The notes under the pieces: model-generated | The model's input: only the letters and a program-made list of their open reading frames with translations | Databases searched by the model: none | Told to the model about the DNA's origin: nothing | Shown here: piece after piece, positions 46,893 through 56,528 of the stretch | Position numbering within the stretch: the first letter of the stretch is position 1 | Layout: every line of letters begins with the position of its first letter | Position numbers and translations under genes: made by a program | NCBI GenBank assembly: GCA_041750285.1 | Contig: JBGSZS010000002.1 | Location: 76,910 to 140,909 of the forward strand | Direction of reading: 5' to 3' | DNA from: Candidatus Fermentibacteraceae bacterium | GTDB taxonomy: Bacteria > Fermentibacterota > Fermentibacteria > Fermentibacterales > JCC-6 | Length of the DNA: 64,000 bases

Positions 46893-47924
46893 ATGGCTGA
46901 AAGCGAAGCTTACGAGCTCGAACACCAGGGCGAAGTGCACAGGGCCCGGGATTTCGATGTTCTCCTGAAGTGGGCGGAAGACCTTAGAATGAGTGTTTCC
47001 GACCGGTTCAGACCTGCCGGCACGGAGGACTGGACACCGGTGATGCAGGATCCCCGTTTGAAGGCCCTTCTTTCACCCGAGAACCAGTGGCGGGTGAGGA
47101 TGGCTTCGGGCGATTTCGCCGCGGGCAGTTTCGAGGTCGTCATTCGATGGGCGCGTGAAGGCAGGCTGTCCACCGACGCCGTAGTGGAGGGCCCCAGGAC
47201 CCCCCCGGGCGGTGTGCTCGCATCTGCCCTGCCGGCGTTGTCCGGGCATCTCGTGGAAGCCGGAGCCGCGAACGAGAAGCTTCCGCGCCTTCTCATCGAC
47301 GGCAGGATCTACCCGGCTCCCGATGTGGAGACCATCAGCAGATGGATCAGCGAATCCAGGGTACCCCTCGACGCCCAGATCTCCCTCGCGGAAGGACCAT
47401 GGGAACCGGTGGGAAGCTGCGGTCTGTTCGACCTTGAGAAGTGGCCGCAGGCAGCCCTCGGGGAAACCGACGAACCCCCCGAAGCAGTTGCTCAACCGGC
47501 TCCCGCAGATAACAGGGACGCCCCGGCCGCTGTCGTTCCCGCCGCGGTCGTGCCTGAACCCGGAGTTCCGCCCGAATGTGCGGAGCGGGAGGAAACCGAT
47601 GACGACGAAGAGCCCTCCGAACCGGAGGAGGACGCGCCGGAGCCGTTCCTGGTGATCACCGCGTCCGGTGTCGAGCATGCCTTCGAGGACCCTGCCGAGA
47701 TCATCCGCCTTCTTCGCAAACGCAGGATAATGGAGTATGACGAGGTCAGGCATTCCTCACTTCCCGACGGATCCGCGAGCGTCGGCGCCCTGGCCGACCT
47801 GGTGCGGAAGAACAGGAAGGGGAAAGGTCTGGGGTGGCGCATCGCAGCAGGATTGCTTCTCGCTGCCGCCGGCGTCTACCTCGCCGACACATTCGGTCTG
47901 ATAGAGGTTCCATGGCTTCCGTGA
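46893..47924 (+). CDS. Hypothetical protein with four GYF_2-like repeats, an acidic/Pro linker and a C-terminal TM helix
   Basis: Repeated unit [aromatic-x-hydrophobic..G....hydrophobic-x-x-W...R....D..W.P]; C-terminal WRIAAGLLLAAAGVYL. Confidence 0.65.
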   Translation: MAESEAYELEHQGEVHRARDFDVLLKWAEDLRMSVSDRFRPAGTEDWTPVMQDPRLKALLSPENQWRVRMASGDFAAGSFEVVIRWAREGRLSTDAVVEGPRTPPGGVLASALPALSGHLVEAGAANEKLPRLLIDGRIYPAPDVETISRWISESRVPLDAQISLAEGPWEPVGSCGLFDLEKWPQAALGETDEPPEAVAQPAPADNRDAPAAVVPAAVVPEPGVPPECAEREETDDDEEPSEPEEDAPEPFLVITASGVEHAFEDPAEIIRLLRKRRIMEYDEVRHSSLPDGSASVGALADLVRKNRKGKGLGWRIAAGLLLAAAGVYLADTFGLIEVPWLP

Positions 47925-49192
47925 CAGATCTTCTCGCATTGAAGAGGGATGGAGGGCGGCTTTCCCCCGGGGATCTTTACGGTCTGGCATCCGGGATTGC
48001 TTCGGGTGAGGTCCCTCCGTATCAGGCCTCGGCATTCCTGATGGCGGCCTACATCCGGGGGCTTTCACCTGATGAGACCACCGCGCTAACCATGGCGATA
48101 CGTGACAGCGGCCGAGTAATGGAGTGGAGCCCCTCCCTTTCCCCTCTTGCAGACAAGCACTGCACCGGCGGTGTGGGCGACAAGGTTTCGATCGTTCTGG
48201 CTCCCCTGGCTGCATCGATGGGGATAAGGGTGCCCATGATAAGCGGAAGGAGCCTCGGGCACACCGGGGGAACCCTCGACAAGCTTGTGAGCATACCCGG
48301 GTTTCGCGTGGACCTGTCCATGGAGAGGTTTAAAAGGCAGATCGAGGAGACTGGCGTATGCATGATCGGTCAGACCCCTGAACTGGCCCCTGCGGACGGC
48401 ATTCTCTATGCTCTTCGGGACGCCACGGCCACGATCACTTCCGTCCCCCTCATCTGCGCCAGCATTCTGGGGAAGAAACTGGCGGAGAACCCGGATTTCA
48501 TCGTTTTCGACGTGAAATGCGGCTCGGGCGCCTTCATGAAGACGCCGGAGCAGGCCGGGGCCCTCGCCCGGATGCTCGTTGATACCGCAGTTCAGGCCGG
48601 GAAGGGTGCCTCGGCCCTCGTCACTTCCATGAACCAGCCAACAGGCCTTTCGGTCGGAAACGCTCTTGAGGTGGCTGAGGCCATCGAAGTGCTCGAAGGC
48701 CGTGGTCCCCGGGACACGAGAGAGATAACCCTGATCCTCGCAGCCGAGATGGGCAGGCTTGCCGGTCTTTCCAGCCCTCACGAAAAGGCCCTGGAGATGC
48801 TTGACGGCGGCGCGGCGCTTCGGGTGTTCGGAAAAATGGTGGAAGCCCAGGGGGGCGATCTCGACCGCTTCAACGAGCTGGAGGGCGCTCCGGTGAGAGT
48901 TGAGATAAGGGCCTCACGCAGCGGTTTCTGGAAGGGTCCCGAGGCCCTTGTCCTGGGCGAGGCGGTACGAAGGCTCGGAGGCGGCAGGTACAGGATGGAC
49001 GATATCGTGGACCCGAGGGTTGGCTGGCTGCAGGAAGTTCCCTGCGGAACCCCGGTCGAGGCGGGCTGCCTGCTTGGCGTCGTCCACGGGGCCGACCGCC
49101 AGTCGGCCGAGCATGCCGCCGGGTCGATCGAAAACGCCTTTCAGTGGGATGCTCCTTCGGATCATCTGGTTCTTGAAAGGATTCCGGGATGA
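47912..49192 (+). CDS. pdp: Pyrimidine-nucleoside/thymidine phosphorylase
   Basis: KRDG, YQASAFLMA, DKHCTGGVGDK, MISGRSLGHTGGTLDKL, DVKCGSGAFMK, GNALEV. Confidence 0.93.
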   Translation: MASVTDLLALKRDGGRLSPGDLYGLASGIASGEVPPYQASAFLMAAYIRGLSPDETTALTMAIRDSGRVMEWSPSLSPLADKHCTGGVGDKVSIVLAPLAASMGIRVPMISGRSLGHTGGTLDKLVSIPGFRVDLSMERFKRQIEETGVCMIGQTPELAPADGILYALRDATATITSVPLICASILGKKLAENPDFIVFDVKCGSGAFMKTPEQAGALARMLVDTAVQAGKGASALVTSMNQPTGLSVGNALEVAEAIEVLEGRGPRDTREITLILAAEMGRLAGLSSPHEKALEMLDGGAALRVFGKMVEAQGGDLDRFNELEGAPVRVEIRASRSGFWKGPEALVLGEAVRRLGGGRYRMDDIVDPRVGWLQEVPCGTPVEAGCLLGVVHGADRQSAEHAAGSIENAFQWDAPSDHLVLERIPG

Positions 49193-50892
49193 GATGGCTT
49201 GAGACCGACCAGCTGCCGGCCGTTCTGGCGCGGGACGGCATAATCACGCAGGCTTCCCTCGAAAGGTACAACAGGCTTACGGCGGGAAGCTCGGAAGACC
49301 CCATGGTTCTTCTCGTGAAGAGCGGGATCATCGGTGAGGAGGCCCTCTACAGGTACGCCGCCGAACTGGTGGGCCTCCCCTACAAGGAGCTCGATCCCCT
49401 CGAACTCGATTACGAAACGGTCACCAGCAGCCTTCCCGGCAAGTTCGCCCAGGCACACAGGCTCGTGGCCTTCAGGAGGGATGGCAACATCCTCCATGTC
49501 GCGACATGCAACGTTTCCGGCACAACGCTCGACCAGGACCTGAAGCTCATGCTGGGGCTCGAAGTTCAATTCCACATTTCCCGTCCCGCGGAGATCGAGA
49601 GGGTGATAAGGCAGTTCTACGGCCTTCACAGCAGCATAGTCGCGGCCGTGAAGCAGCTCAACGACGATGACGGCGTGGACCTCGGCAACCTGGAAAGGTT
49701 AGTGAACAGCGAGACCTCCCAGAGCATCGAACCCACCGACAAACCAGTGGTGAACGCCGTGAACCACCTTTTTCAGTACGCCTTCGAGGAGAGGGCCAGC
49801 GACATTCATCTCGAGCCTCATCGTGAGAACACCATAGTAAGGCTCCGGATCGACGGACTGCTCCACACGATCTACAGGATCCCCAAAAGGCTTCACCTGC
49901 CCATAAGCAGCCGGATAAAGATGATAGCGGGTCTCAACATCGCCGAGAAAAGACGTCCGCAGGACGGCAGGATCCGTACCCACTTCGACGGCAAGCCCGT
50001 GGAGATCAGGTGCTCCACCGTGCCGATGGCGTTCGGGGAGAAAACCGTTCTCAGGGTCCTCGACCCTCAGATACTAATGCAGGACATGTCCAATCTGGGC
50101 TTCGAACCGGACGACCTCGTGAAGTACCGCAGAATGCTTGGCGCCCCGAACGGCCTCATCCTTGTCACCGGACCGACGGGAAGCGGTAAGACCACGACGC
50201 TCTACTCGTCCCTTACCGCCATCTCCAGGGAAACGGTGAACATCACGACAATCGAGGACCCTGTGGAATTCGTCACTGACGAGTTCAACCAGATCTCCGT
50301 CCAGAGCGCCGTCGACCTCACCTTCACCTCCGCGCTCAGACACATTCTCAGACAGGACCCCGACATCATCATGGTGGGCGAGATCAGGGACGTGGAAACG
50401 GCAGTCAGCGCCATGCGAAGCGCCCTGACCGGGCATCTGGTGCTCAGCACCCTCCACACCAACGACACAGCCACCACGGCGGTGAGGTTGATGGACATGG
50501 GCGTTCAGCCCTACCTTCTCATGAGCACCCTTCAGGGCATCATCGCCCAGAGGCTGGTGAGGCTTACCTGTACCGAGTGCGCGGAAAGCTACGTGCCTGA
50601 GGATTCGATCGCCGATTCCATCGAGATCCCCCGGGGTTCCGTCCTGAAAAGGGGGGTGGGCTGCCGGGCCTGCAGGAACACTGGCTACAAGGGCCGCACT
50701 GGTGTGTACGAGGTCATGGAGATCAACGAGGCCCTGAGGATCGCCCTGGCCGAAAGGGCTCGTGTGGACGATATTCGAAGGCTGGCGGTCAGCCAGGGTA
50801 TGAAAACGCTTCGGGACTCGGCCAGGCTGAAAGTGCTGGCGGGAATCACCACCCCGGAGGAGATGCTCAAGGTAACCCTTGGGGGGGAATGA
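49189..50892 (+). CDS. GspE/PilB family secretion/pilus assembly ATPase
   Basis: ASDIHLEP, PQDGR, GPTGSGKTTTLY, TIEDPVE, LRQDPDIIMVGEIRD, TGHLVLSTLHTN, tetracysteine motif. Confidence 0.92.
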   Translation: MRWLETDQLPAVLARDGIITQASLERYNRLTAGSSEDPMVLLVKSGIIGEEALYRYAAELVGLPYKELDPLELDYETVTSSLPGKFAQAHRLVAFRRDGNILHVATCNVSGTTLDQDLKLMLGLEVQFHISRPAEIERVIRQFYGLHSSIVAAVKQLNDDDGVDLGNLERLVNSETSQSIEPTDKPVVNAVNHLFQYAFEERASDIHLEPHRENTIVRLRIDGLLHTIYRIPKRLHLPISSRIKMIAGLNIAEKRRPQDGRIRTHFDGKPVEIRCSTVPMAFGEKTVLRVLDPQILMQDMSNLGFEPDDLVKYRRMLGAPNGLILVTGPTGSGKTTTLYSSLTAISRETVNITTIEDPVEFVTDEFNQISVQSAVDLTFTSALRHILRQDPDIIMVGEIRDVETAVSAMRSALTGHLVLSTLHTNDTATTAVRLMDMGVQPYLLMSTLQGIIAQRLVRLTCTECAESYVPEDSIADSIEIPRGSVLKRGVGCRACRNTGYKGRTGVYEVMEINEALRIALAERARVDDIRRLAVSQGMKTLRDSARLKVLAGITTPEEMLKVTLGGE

Positions 50893-52277
50893 AAAAGGCG
50901 TTCGTTCTCGGCATCATCGCCCTTATGTCAGGCTGCGGCAGCGGCGGGCGGTCGCAGGACACCGAGGCCGCGACACCCGATACGCTGATAAGGGTGATTC
51001 CGCGCACACCCATCGAGACGGGTCTGCTTTTCAGCAATGCGCTCCTGATGAACGACCCGGCGTGCTATGGGTTTCTCGCTCCCGTTTTCCGCGACTCGAT
51101 CGAGTCTCAGGGGCTTTCCCCGTGGGAGGTTTTCGGACGGTGGAGGGCCTTTGACCCCGACGGAAGGCTCACCGAAGTGGCGCAAACCCCCGACGGCATG
51201 CGGACGACAAGCTACTACTGCTCCATAGCAAGGCTCGAAGAGCTGCCGCCCGTCGTCAGGTTCGATTTCGTAGTGGTCGGCGGCGAGTGGCTGATCTCCG
51301 GTCTGGGCTACGGCAACACCTCTGGAATGGGTGATTCGCTGGCCCTCGAACAGCAGGTCGGTCTTATCCTTTCCGACCCCGTTCTGCTCAGGGAGATCAG
51401 AATCGCGCGAATGCTCCTGGACGACGTTGATCACGACTCGTCACAGAGCTGGGCGTCCTGGCAGGCAGCCTCGGCCTCGGGGGAAAGCTTTGCAGCCTAC
51501 ATCACCGGGTTGTCGCAGGAAAGCTATAACATGCTGGCGGAAAGTAATATAAGGCAATCAGGCAAGCTGCAGATCATACAGGACCGTGCCACCTTCCAGA
51601 TCACGAACCCTCCGCTGGAACTGCGGGAGCTGATCGCCGCATGGCGCGAGCTTGCCTACCTGCGAAAGGCCGTTCTGAGGGCCCGTCATGAGGCCATGCA
51701 AAACCTCAGGCAGACCGGTGTCTGGATGGAGCCCGACCTCACGCAGGAAGCCGCCCGGATCCAATACCTTACAGGAATATTCATCCCGGTAAGCGATCTC
51801 GTGGAAGCCCGTGACACTCTTTCCCTGACCTTTCCGGCACTTCTCACCACCGGCTCCGGCGAACCCCTCGAAGCCATGACCATCGAGCTCGATCCCCACA
51901 CCGTCGAGCAGAAGGTCGAGAACGACATCGGCGTTCCCGTCTGGCGGGCCCTGGGAGTTGACATGAACGGCGACCCCGACCCGGAGAGGGTTGTCTACTG
52001 GGCGGGAGACCTGTTCCTTTTCCTCGGCACACCCACCGGCTACCGCCTGGTCTTCAGAACCTATTCGGGCTACGACAGCGACTTCCACGGGCAGTTCGGA
52101 ACCGGAACCAGCCCGTCCGGGCACAGCAGCGTGAACCTGATCGGGAACTCAAGGACCGTCGAGTACAACCTCCACCTCGAAGGCGGCGTTCCCAGGCTCA
52201 CCGCAACACCTCTGGGGCAGGACGAGGAGAGAAGCCTCGATTCCTACTCCGATCAGGTCATTCCGGAGGACTGGTGA
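50889..52277 (+). CDS. Hypothetical lipoprotein
   Basis: Lipobox MSGC after a hydrophobic leader; translationally coupled at both ends. Confidence 0.75.
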   Translation: MKKAFVLGIIALMSGCGSGGRSQDTEAATPDTLIRVIPRTPIETGLLFSNALLMNDPACYGFLAPVFRDSIESQGLSPWEVFGRWRAFDPDGRLTEVAQTPDGMRTTSYYCSIARLEELPPVVRFDFVVVGGEWLISGLGYGNTSGMGDSLALEQQVGLILSDPVLLREIRIARMLLDDVDHDSSQSWASWQAASASGESFAAYITGLSQESYNMLAESNIRQSGKLQIIQDRATFQITNPPLELRELIAAWRELAYLRKAVLRARHEAMQNLRQTGVWMEPDLTQEAARIQYLTGIFIPVSDLVEARDTLSLTFPALLTTGSGEPLEAMTIELDPHTVEQKVENDIGVPVWRALGVDMNGDPDPERVVYWAGDLFLFLGTPTGYRLVFRTYSGYDSDFHGQFGTGTSPSGHSSVNLIGNSRTVEYNLHLEGGVPRLTATPLGQDEERSLDSYSDQVIPEDW

Positions 52278-54487
52278 ACAGGGTATTTGCAAGGATCCTT
52301 CTGTGGGCGTTCCTGACAGCGGTCGTCTTCTGTTCGTTCGGCGCCGGGTTTCTGTTCCGGGTCTGGCACGACAGCGCCAGGGCTTTCCGCGAATCCCACG
52401 GCAACCTGCTTGTGGCTTCGCTGAGGGGGCATGAGCCCGCCAGCGCAACCCGCATCTATGACATGTACGGTGACCAGCTCGCGGTGGCTTTCGTCGAGAA
52501 CCGCTACCCCGTAACGCTTGACCAGGTGAGCCCCTGGGTGATCGAGGGCTTCATCGCCACGGAGGACAGGAACTTCTACAGCCACAAGGGCCTTGATCTG
52601 AGGGGCATCGTCCGTTCCGTGCTGCACAACATCAGAACCGGCTCCAGGCATGGCGGCAGCACGATAACCCAGCAGCTCGCAAGGGGACTGTTCCTCGAGC
52701 CCGACCAGACCATCCAGAGGAAGATACAGGAAGCCTTCATAGCCCTTGAGATCGAGAGGCAGTTCACCAAGAACGACATTCTCGAAATGTACCTGAACCA
52801 GATCTACTTCGGAGCGGGAGCCCACGGGATCGAGGCCGCCGCCAGAACGTACTTCGGCGGCATATCGGCCGCCGAGCTCACCCTCAACCAGTCCGCCCTG
52901 TTGGTGAGAATGGTCAAGAACCCTTCGGGCTTCAATCCCATGAACAACCCTTCCCGTGCTCTCGCCCAGCGGAACATCGCCCTCGGCATGATGACCGACC
53001 ATGGGGTGATAAGCGCGGAACAGCGCGACCGGGCGATGCAGGAACCCCTTGGCGTCGATGTTCATCGCTCCGAGCTCGAGCAGGACTGGAACTACTTCAC
53101 CGAATTCGTAAGGCAGTACCTGGTGGGAAGGTACGGATGGTCGGCGGTCTACGAACAGGGGCTGGTCGTCTACACCACGCTCGACCCCGACATGCAGTCG
53201 GCGGCCGAATTGGCTCTCGACAGCGTTCTCACGCTTAAGGAACCGGTCTGGGACTCCGAAACGCAGCAGTGGCTGCCGGACGGCCAGCGGCTGCGATACG
53301 AGAGTTCGAGGCTTTACTGGCAGACCGTTCGCGACACCACGACCAGCGCTCCCGATTACATTCAGGGCGCCCTCGTTGCCGTTGACCCCCGGACGGGGTA
53401 CATCCGGGCCATGGTCGGCGGAAGGGACTTCCAGGACAGCGAGTTCAACAGGGCCGTCCAGACCAGCAGGCAGCCCGGAAGCTCGTTCAAGGCCTTCGTT
53501 TACGCCGAGGCCATCGAACAGGGCTGGTCGCCCGGCAACGTGGTGCTCGATCAGCCCGTGGTCATCGACCTCAGCCCGGGAGAGTGGCGACCCCGGAACT
53601 ACGACATGCAGTTCCACGGAATGGTGACACTGAGGGAAGCCTTCGCCAGGTCCTACAATGTGGCCGCGGTAAGGCTGGGCATGGCGGTGGGCATCGAAGC
53701 CGTTGCCGCAAGGGCCGCCTCGATGGGGATCTCATCGCGGCTGCCGATAGTCAATTCCCTTCCGCTGGGAAGCTGCATGATAAACCCGCTGGAGATGGCC
53801 AGAGCCTACATACCGTTCGCCACGGGAGGGCTGGCAAGGAGCACCACGGCCATCATCAGGGTCGAGGACCGCTACGGCAACCTGCTGGAGAGCAACGAAC
53901 AGCCCGACCCCGGAAGACGGGTGATGAGCCGGACCGGAGCCTATCTGATGAACAGCCTCCTCCAGTCGGTGTTCCGTTCCGGAACGGCGTCTCCCGCCAG
54001 ATGGTACTGGGACGGCCCGTTCGCCGGCAGGGAAGCCGGCGGCAAGACCGGCACGACCAGCGATTATGCCGATGCATGGTTCGTGGGCTTCACCCCCGAC
54101 CTTGTCACTGCCGTGTGGGTCGGGTATGACAACCACGTCATCCGCATGCGCACGCGCAACGGGGCTGGGCAGGCCGGCGGCTCCATAGCGCTTCCAATAT
54201 GGAACGGATTCATGCGCAGGGCATTCGCCGATGCCGACCCGGCATCCGCTCCCTCGTTCCCGGGTCCCGATCAGGGTGGGGTCGAACAGGCCGTCGTCTG
54301 CGGTCTCAGCGGTCAGCTCGCGGTGGCGGGCTGCGGTGAGCACGCTCGTGAGGAGCTTTTCTGGGCGGGGACCGCGCCCGCCACGTTCTGCATGATCCAC
54401 GGGGAAGGGTCCGGTTTCGGGGCCGACTCCACCATGGGCAGTTTCAGCGATTTCGACCGGCGTCTCCGGGAAACGCAATCCCCCTGA
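52274..54487 (+). CDS. mrcA: Class A penicillin-binding protein (PBP1A family)
   Basis: GT51 motifs TEDRNF, GGSTITQQL, RKIQE; transpeptidase motifs SSFK, SYN, KTG. Confidence 0.92.
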   Translation: MNRVFARILLWAFLTAVVFCSFGAGFLFRVWHDSARAFRESHGNLLVASLRGHEPASATRIYDMYGDQLAVAFVENRYPVTLDQVSPWVIEGFIATEDRNFYSHKGLDLRGIVRSVLHNIRTGSRHGGSTITQQLARGLFLEPDQTIQRKIQEAFIALEIERQFTKNDILEMYLNQIYFGAGAHGIEAAARTYFGGISAAELTLNQSALLVRMVKNPSGFNPMNNPSRALAQRNIALGMMTDHGVISAEQRDRAMQEPLGVDVHRSELEQDWNYFTEFVRQYLVGRYGWSAVYEQGLVVYTTLDPDMQSAAELALDSVLTLKEPVWDSETQQWLPDGQRLRYESSRLYWQTVRDTTTSAPDYIQGALVAVDPRTGYIRAMVGGRDFQDSEFNRAVQTSRQPGSSFKAFVYAEAIEQGWSPGNVVLDQPVVIDLSPGEWRPRNYDMQFHGMVTLREAFARSYNVAAVRLGMAVGIEAVAARAASMGISSRLPIVNSLPLGSCMINPLEMARAYIPFATGGLARSTTAIIRVEDRYGNLLESNEQPDPGRRVMSRTGAYLMNSLLQSVFRSGTASPARWYWDGPFAGREAGGKTGTTSDYADAWFVGFTPDLVTAVWVGYDNHVIRMRTRNGAGQAGGSIALPIWNGFMRRAFADADPASAPSFPGPDQGGVEQAVVCGLSGQLAVAGCGEHAREELFWAGTAPATFCMIHGEGSGFGADSTMGSFSDFDRRLRETQSP

Positions 54488-55269
54488 TGGAGCACCTCCC
54501 CATCATACTGGCGGCGGCGTTCCTGCTGTTGGGCGCGTTCGTCGCCACAAGGATCCTCAAGTCTCCGTTCTGGAAGAGAAGGCAGCTCAGAAAAGCTTCG
54601 CTCATGGCTGCCCGTGGCAACATCACAGGGATGATCGGATACCTCAGGGCCAACATGGACAAGGGCAGGGTCTCGTGCCCCCTCACCAACGCGCTTGTGT
54701 ACTTCTACATCCGCTCGGGTGACCTGGACAGCGCCGAAAGGATAGTGACCGATGCCATGGGAATGGGCGACAGCTCCGGCGGCGCACTCGCCCAGCTCGC
54801 GTACATCGCCCAGGGCCGGAATGAATGGGAAAACGCCGAGAAGCTCTACAGGAAAGCCATGGAGGCCGAGCCGGCCCTTGCCCCCACCCTGGGGATGAAC
54901 ATCGCAGGCTCGCTCATCCAGCGCAACACAAGGCTCGATGAGGCCGAAGATCTTCTGAACAGTGCCCTCGAATCCGGGAACGGGCCTTCCCGGAGCTCGG
55001 TCCACCTGAACCTTGCAATGTTGAACACGTTGCGGGGCAGCCACTCCCAGACCAAGGTCCATGCCCTGACAGCGTACGAACTCATGCAGGACATAGAGAT
55101 CACCCGCCTCGGAAGGGCTCAGGCCCTTGGCCTGGCCGCCGGGGCGTCCAGAAGGATGAAGGATCCGGTCGAAGCAGCGAGGCTTTCCCAGAAGGCCCTG
55201 AAGGTCCTGGGGGACACATCGGGCGCGGACAGGCTTCGCACCGAGCTTCAGGAAATGGCTGGCAGTTGA
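54487..55269 (+). CDS. Membrane-anchored TPR-like protein
   Basis: N-terminal TM helix followed by helical TPR-like repeats (AEKLYRKAME, LDEAEDLLNSAL). Confidence 0.75.
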   Translation: MEHLPIILAAAFLLLGAFVATRILKSPFWKRRQLRKASLMAARGNITGMIGYLRANMDKGRVSCPLTNALVYFYIRSGDLDSAERIVTDAMGMGDSSGGALAQLAYIAQGRNEWENAEKLYRKAMEAEPALAPTLGMNIAGSLIQRNTRLDEAEDLLNSALESGNGPSRSSVHLNLAMLNTLRGSHSQTKVHALTAYELMQDIEITRLGRAQALGLAAGASRRMKDPVEAARLSQKALKVLGDTSGADRLRTELQEMAGS

Positions 55270-56198
55270 GGAAGGCACTCTGGGCCGTCATTCTTGGAGT
55301 GGCGGTCTACACCGCGCTGGTGCTCAGGTCCGATGTGGCAAGGGTGGGCCGGGCCGTCTCCGCGATCCATCCGGCATGGATCCCGGTCTTCCTGGCGCTT
55401 CCCCTCGCGAACTACTTCCTCAGGTTCCTGAAGTGGCACTACTTCCTGCACAGGGTCGGGGTCTTCCTCCCGAGGGGCGAGAGCATGGCGGTTTTCATCG
55501 CCGGCTTCTCGATGACGGTGTCGCCCGGAAAGTTCGGCGAGCTTGTGAAATGCGTCATACTGAGGGAAAGGCGGGGAGTGCCGGTATCCACTACGAGCCC
55601 CGTGGTGGTGGCAGAACGTATCACCGACCTTCTCAGCATGGTGTGCCTGGCCGCTGCCGGTGCGGCCCTGTCAGGGGGAGGGGCGGTGCTTCCCGCCATC
55701 GCCGCCGGTGTGGTATTCGTATCGTCGGCCATGATCTTCCTTCTCTGGACCCCTGCGTGGAGGCTGGCAGCCCGGACAGCCGCCCGGCTCCCCCTCCTGA
55801 GAACGAGGACTTCTGCCCTCGAAGCTTTCAGGCAGTCCGCCATCACCCTTCTGGACTTCAGAAGCATGCTTGTCTCGGTGCCCCTCGGGATTCTGGGATG
55901 GGGTCTCGAAGCACTTGTCCTGTGTGCCGTGGCAGCCTCGATGGGGGTTTCCCTTCCTGCGGGAGTCGCGCTGCTCAGTCACGCTGCGGGCACCATTGCC
56001 GGCGCAGTGAGCATGATCCCCGGAGGGCTGGGACTGACCGAGCTGACGATAGACGGGATCCTGGGCGGCTCGATGGATCACGCCCAGGCGGCTGTCACCA
56101 CCCTGCTCATGCGGTTCTGTACGCTGTGGTTCGGAGTCCTGCTGGGGCTTTCGTTCATTGCCGTGCAGGGAAGAATAAAATCAGACAAAACCGCATGA
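55266..56198 (+). CDS. Lysylphosphatidylglycerol synthase TM domain / UPF0104 flippase-like protein
   Basis: LRFLKW, SPGKFGELVK, ERITD, PGGLGLTE, RFCTLW. Confidence 0.88.
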   Translation: MRKALWAVILGVAVYTALVLRSDVARVGRAVSAIHPAWIPVFLALPLANYFLRFLKWHYFLHRVGVFLPRGESMAVFIAGFSMTVSPGKFGELVKCVILRERRGVPVSTTSPVVVAERITDLLSMVCLAAAGAALSGGGAVLPAIAAGVVFVSSAMIFLLWTPAWRLAARTAARLPLLRTRTSALEAFRQSAITLLDFRSMLVSVPLGILGWGLEALVLCAVAASMGVSLPAGVALLSHAAGTIAGAVSMIPGGLGLTELTIDGILGGSMDHAQAAVTTLLMRFCTLWFGVLLGLSFIAVQGRIKSDKTA

Positions 56199-56236
56199 CT
56201 GCGGCGGGCAATGTGCCGGTTGCCGGCGGAATGGAT

Positions 56237-56485
56237 CTACAGGCCTTCGCTTACTGCGTCGGGATCGAGGAGCCGCCCGGGGCTGCTCTTGTTGAACAGC
56301 GAGACCCCGAAGGGACCTGAACCGGAAATGCACTGGTTCGGGGGGCCGGGGCCTGGTCCTGCGCTGCAGTCAGGCCCTGTTCCGGGTCCGCCGCCGCCGG
56401 CGCACCTGGCATGCCAGCCCATTCCGCCGGCACTGGACAAGCCCTGCAGCTCTGGTTTCGTGTATTTTTCAGGAAAGACTGTCAT
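56237..56485 (-). CDS. Putative RiPP precursor peptide (YxxPxL leader, 3x CxxGxGP core)
   Basis: KYTKPEL leader; C28, C40 and C52 at exact 12-residue spacing; last gene of an RRE/rSAM cassette. Confidence 0.8.
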   Translation of the reverse strand: MTVFPEKYTKPELQGLSSAGGMGWHARCAGGGGPGTGPDCSAGPGPGPPNQCISGSGPFGVSLFNKSSPGRLLDPDAVSEGL

Positions 56486-56528
56486 CGCAAGATACGCATC
56501 CTTTCAGAACCATTCACAATGCAATATC

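Noticed and set aside
49189..50892. Complete type II secretion or type IV pilus locus
   Set aside because: Only the ATPase is present; no platform protein, pilins or secretin in the window
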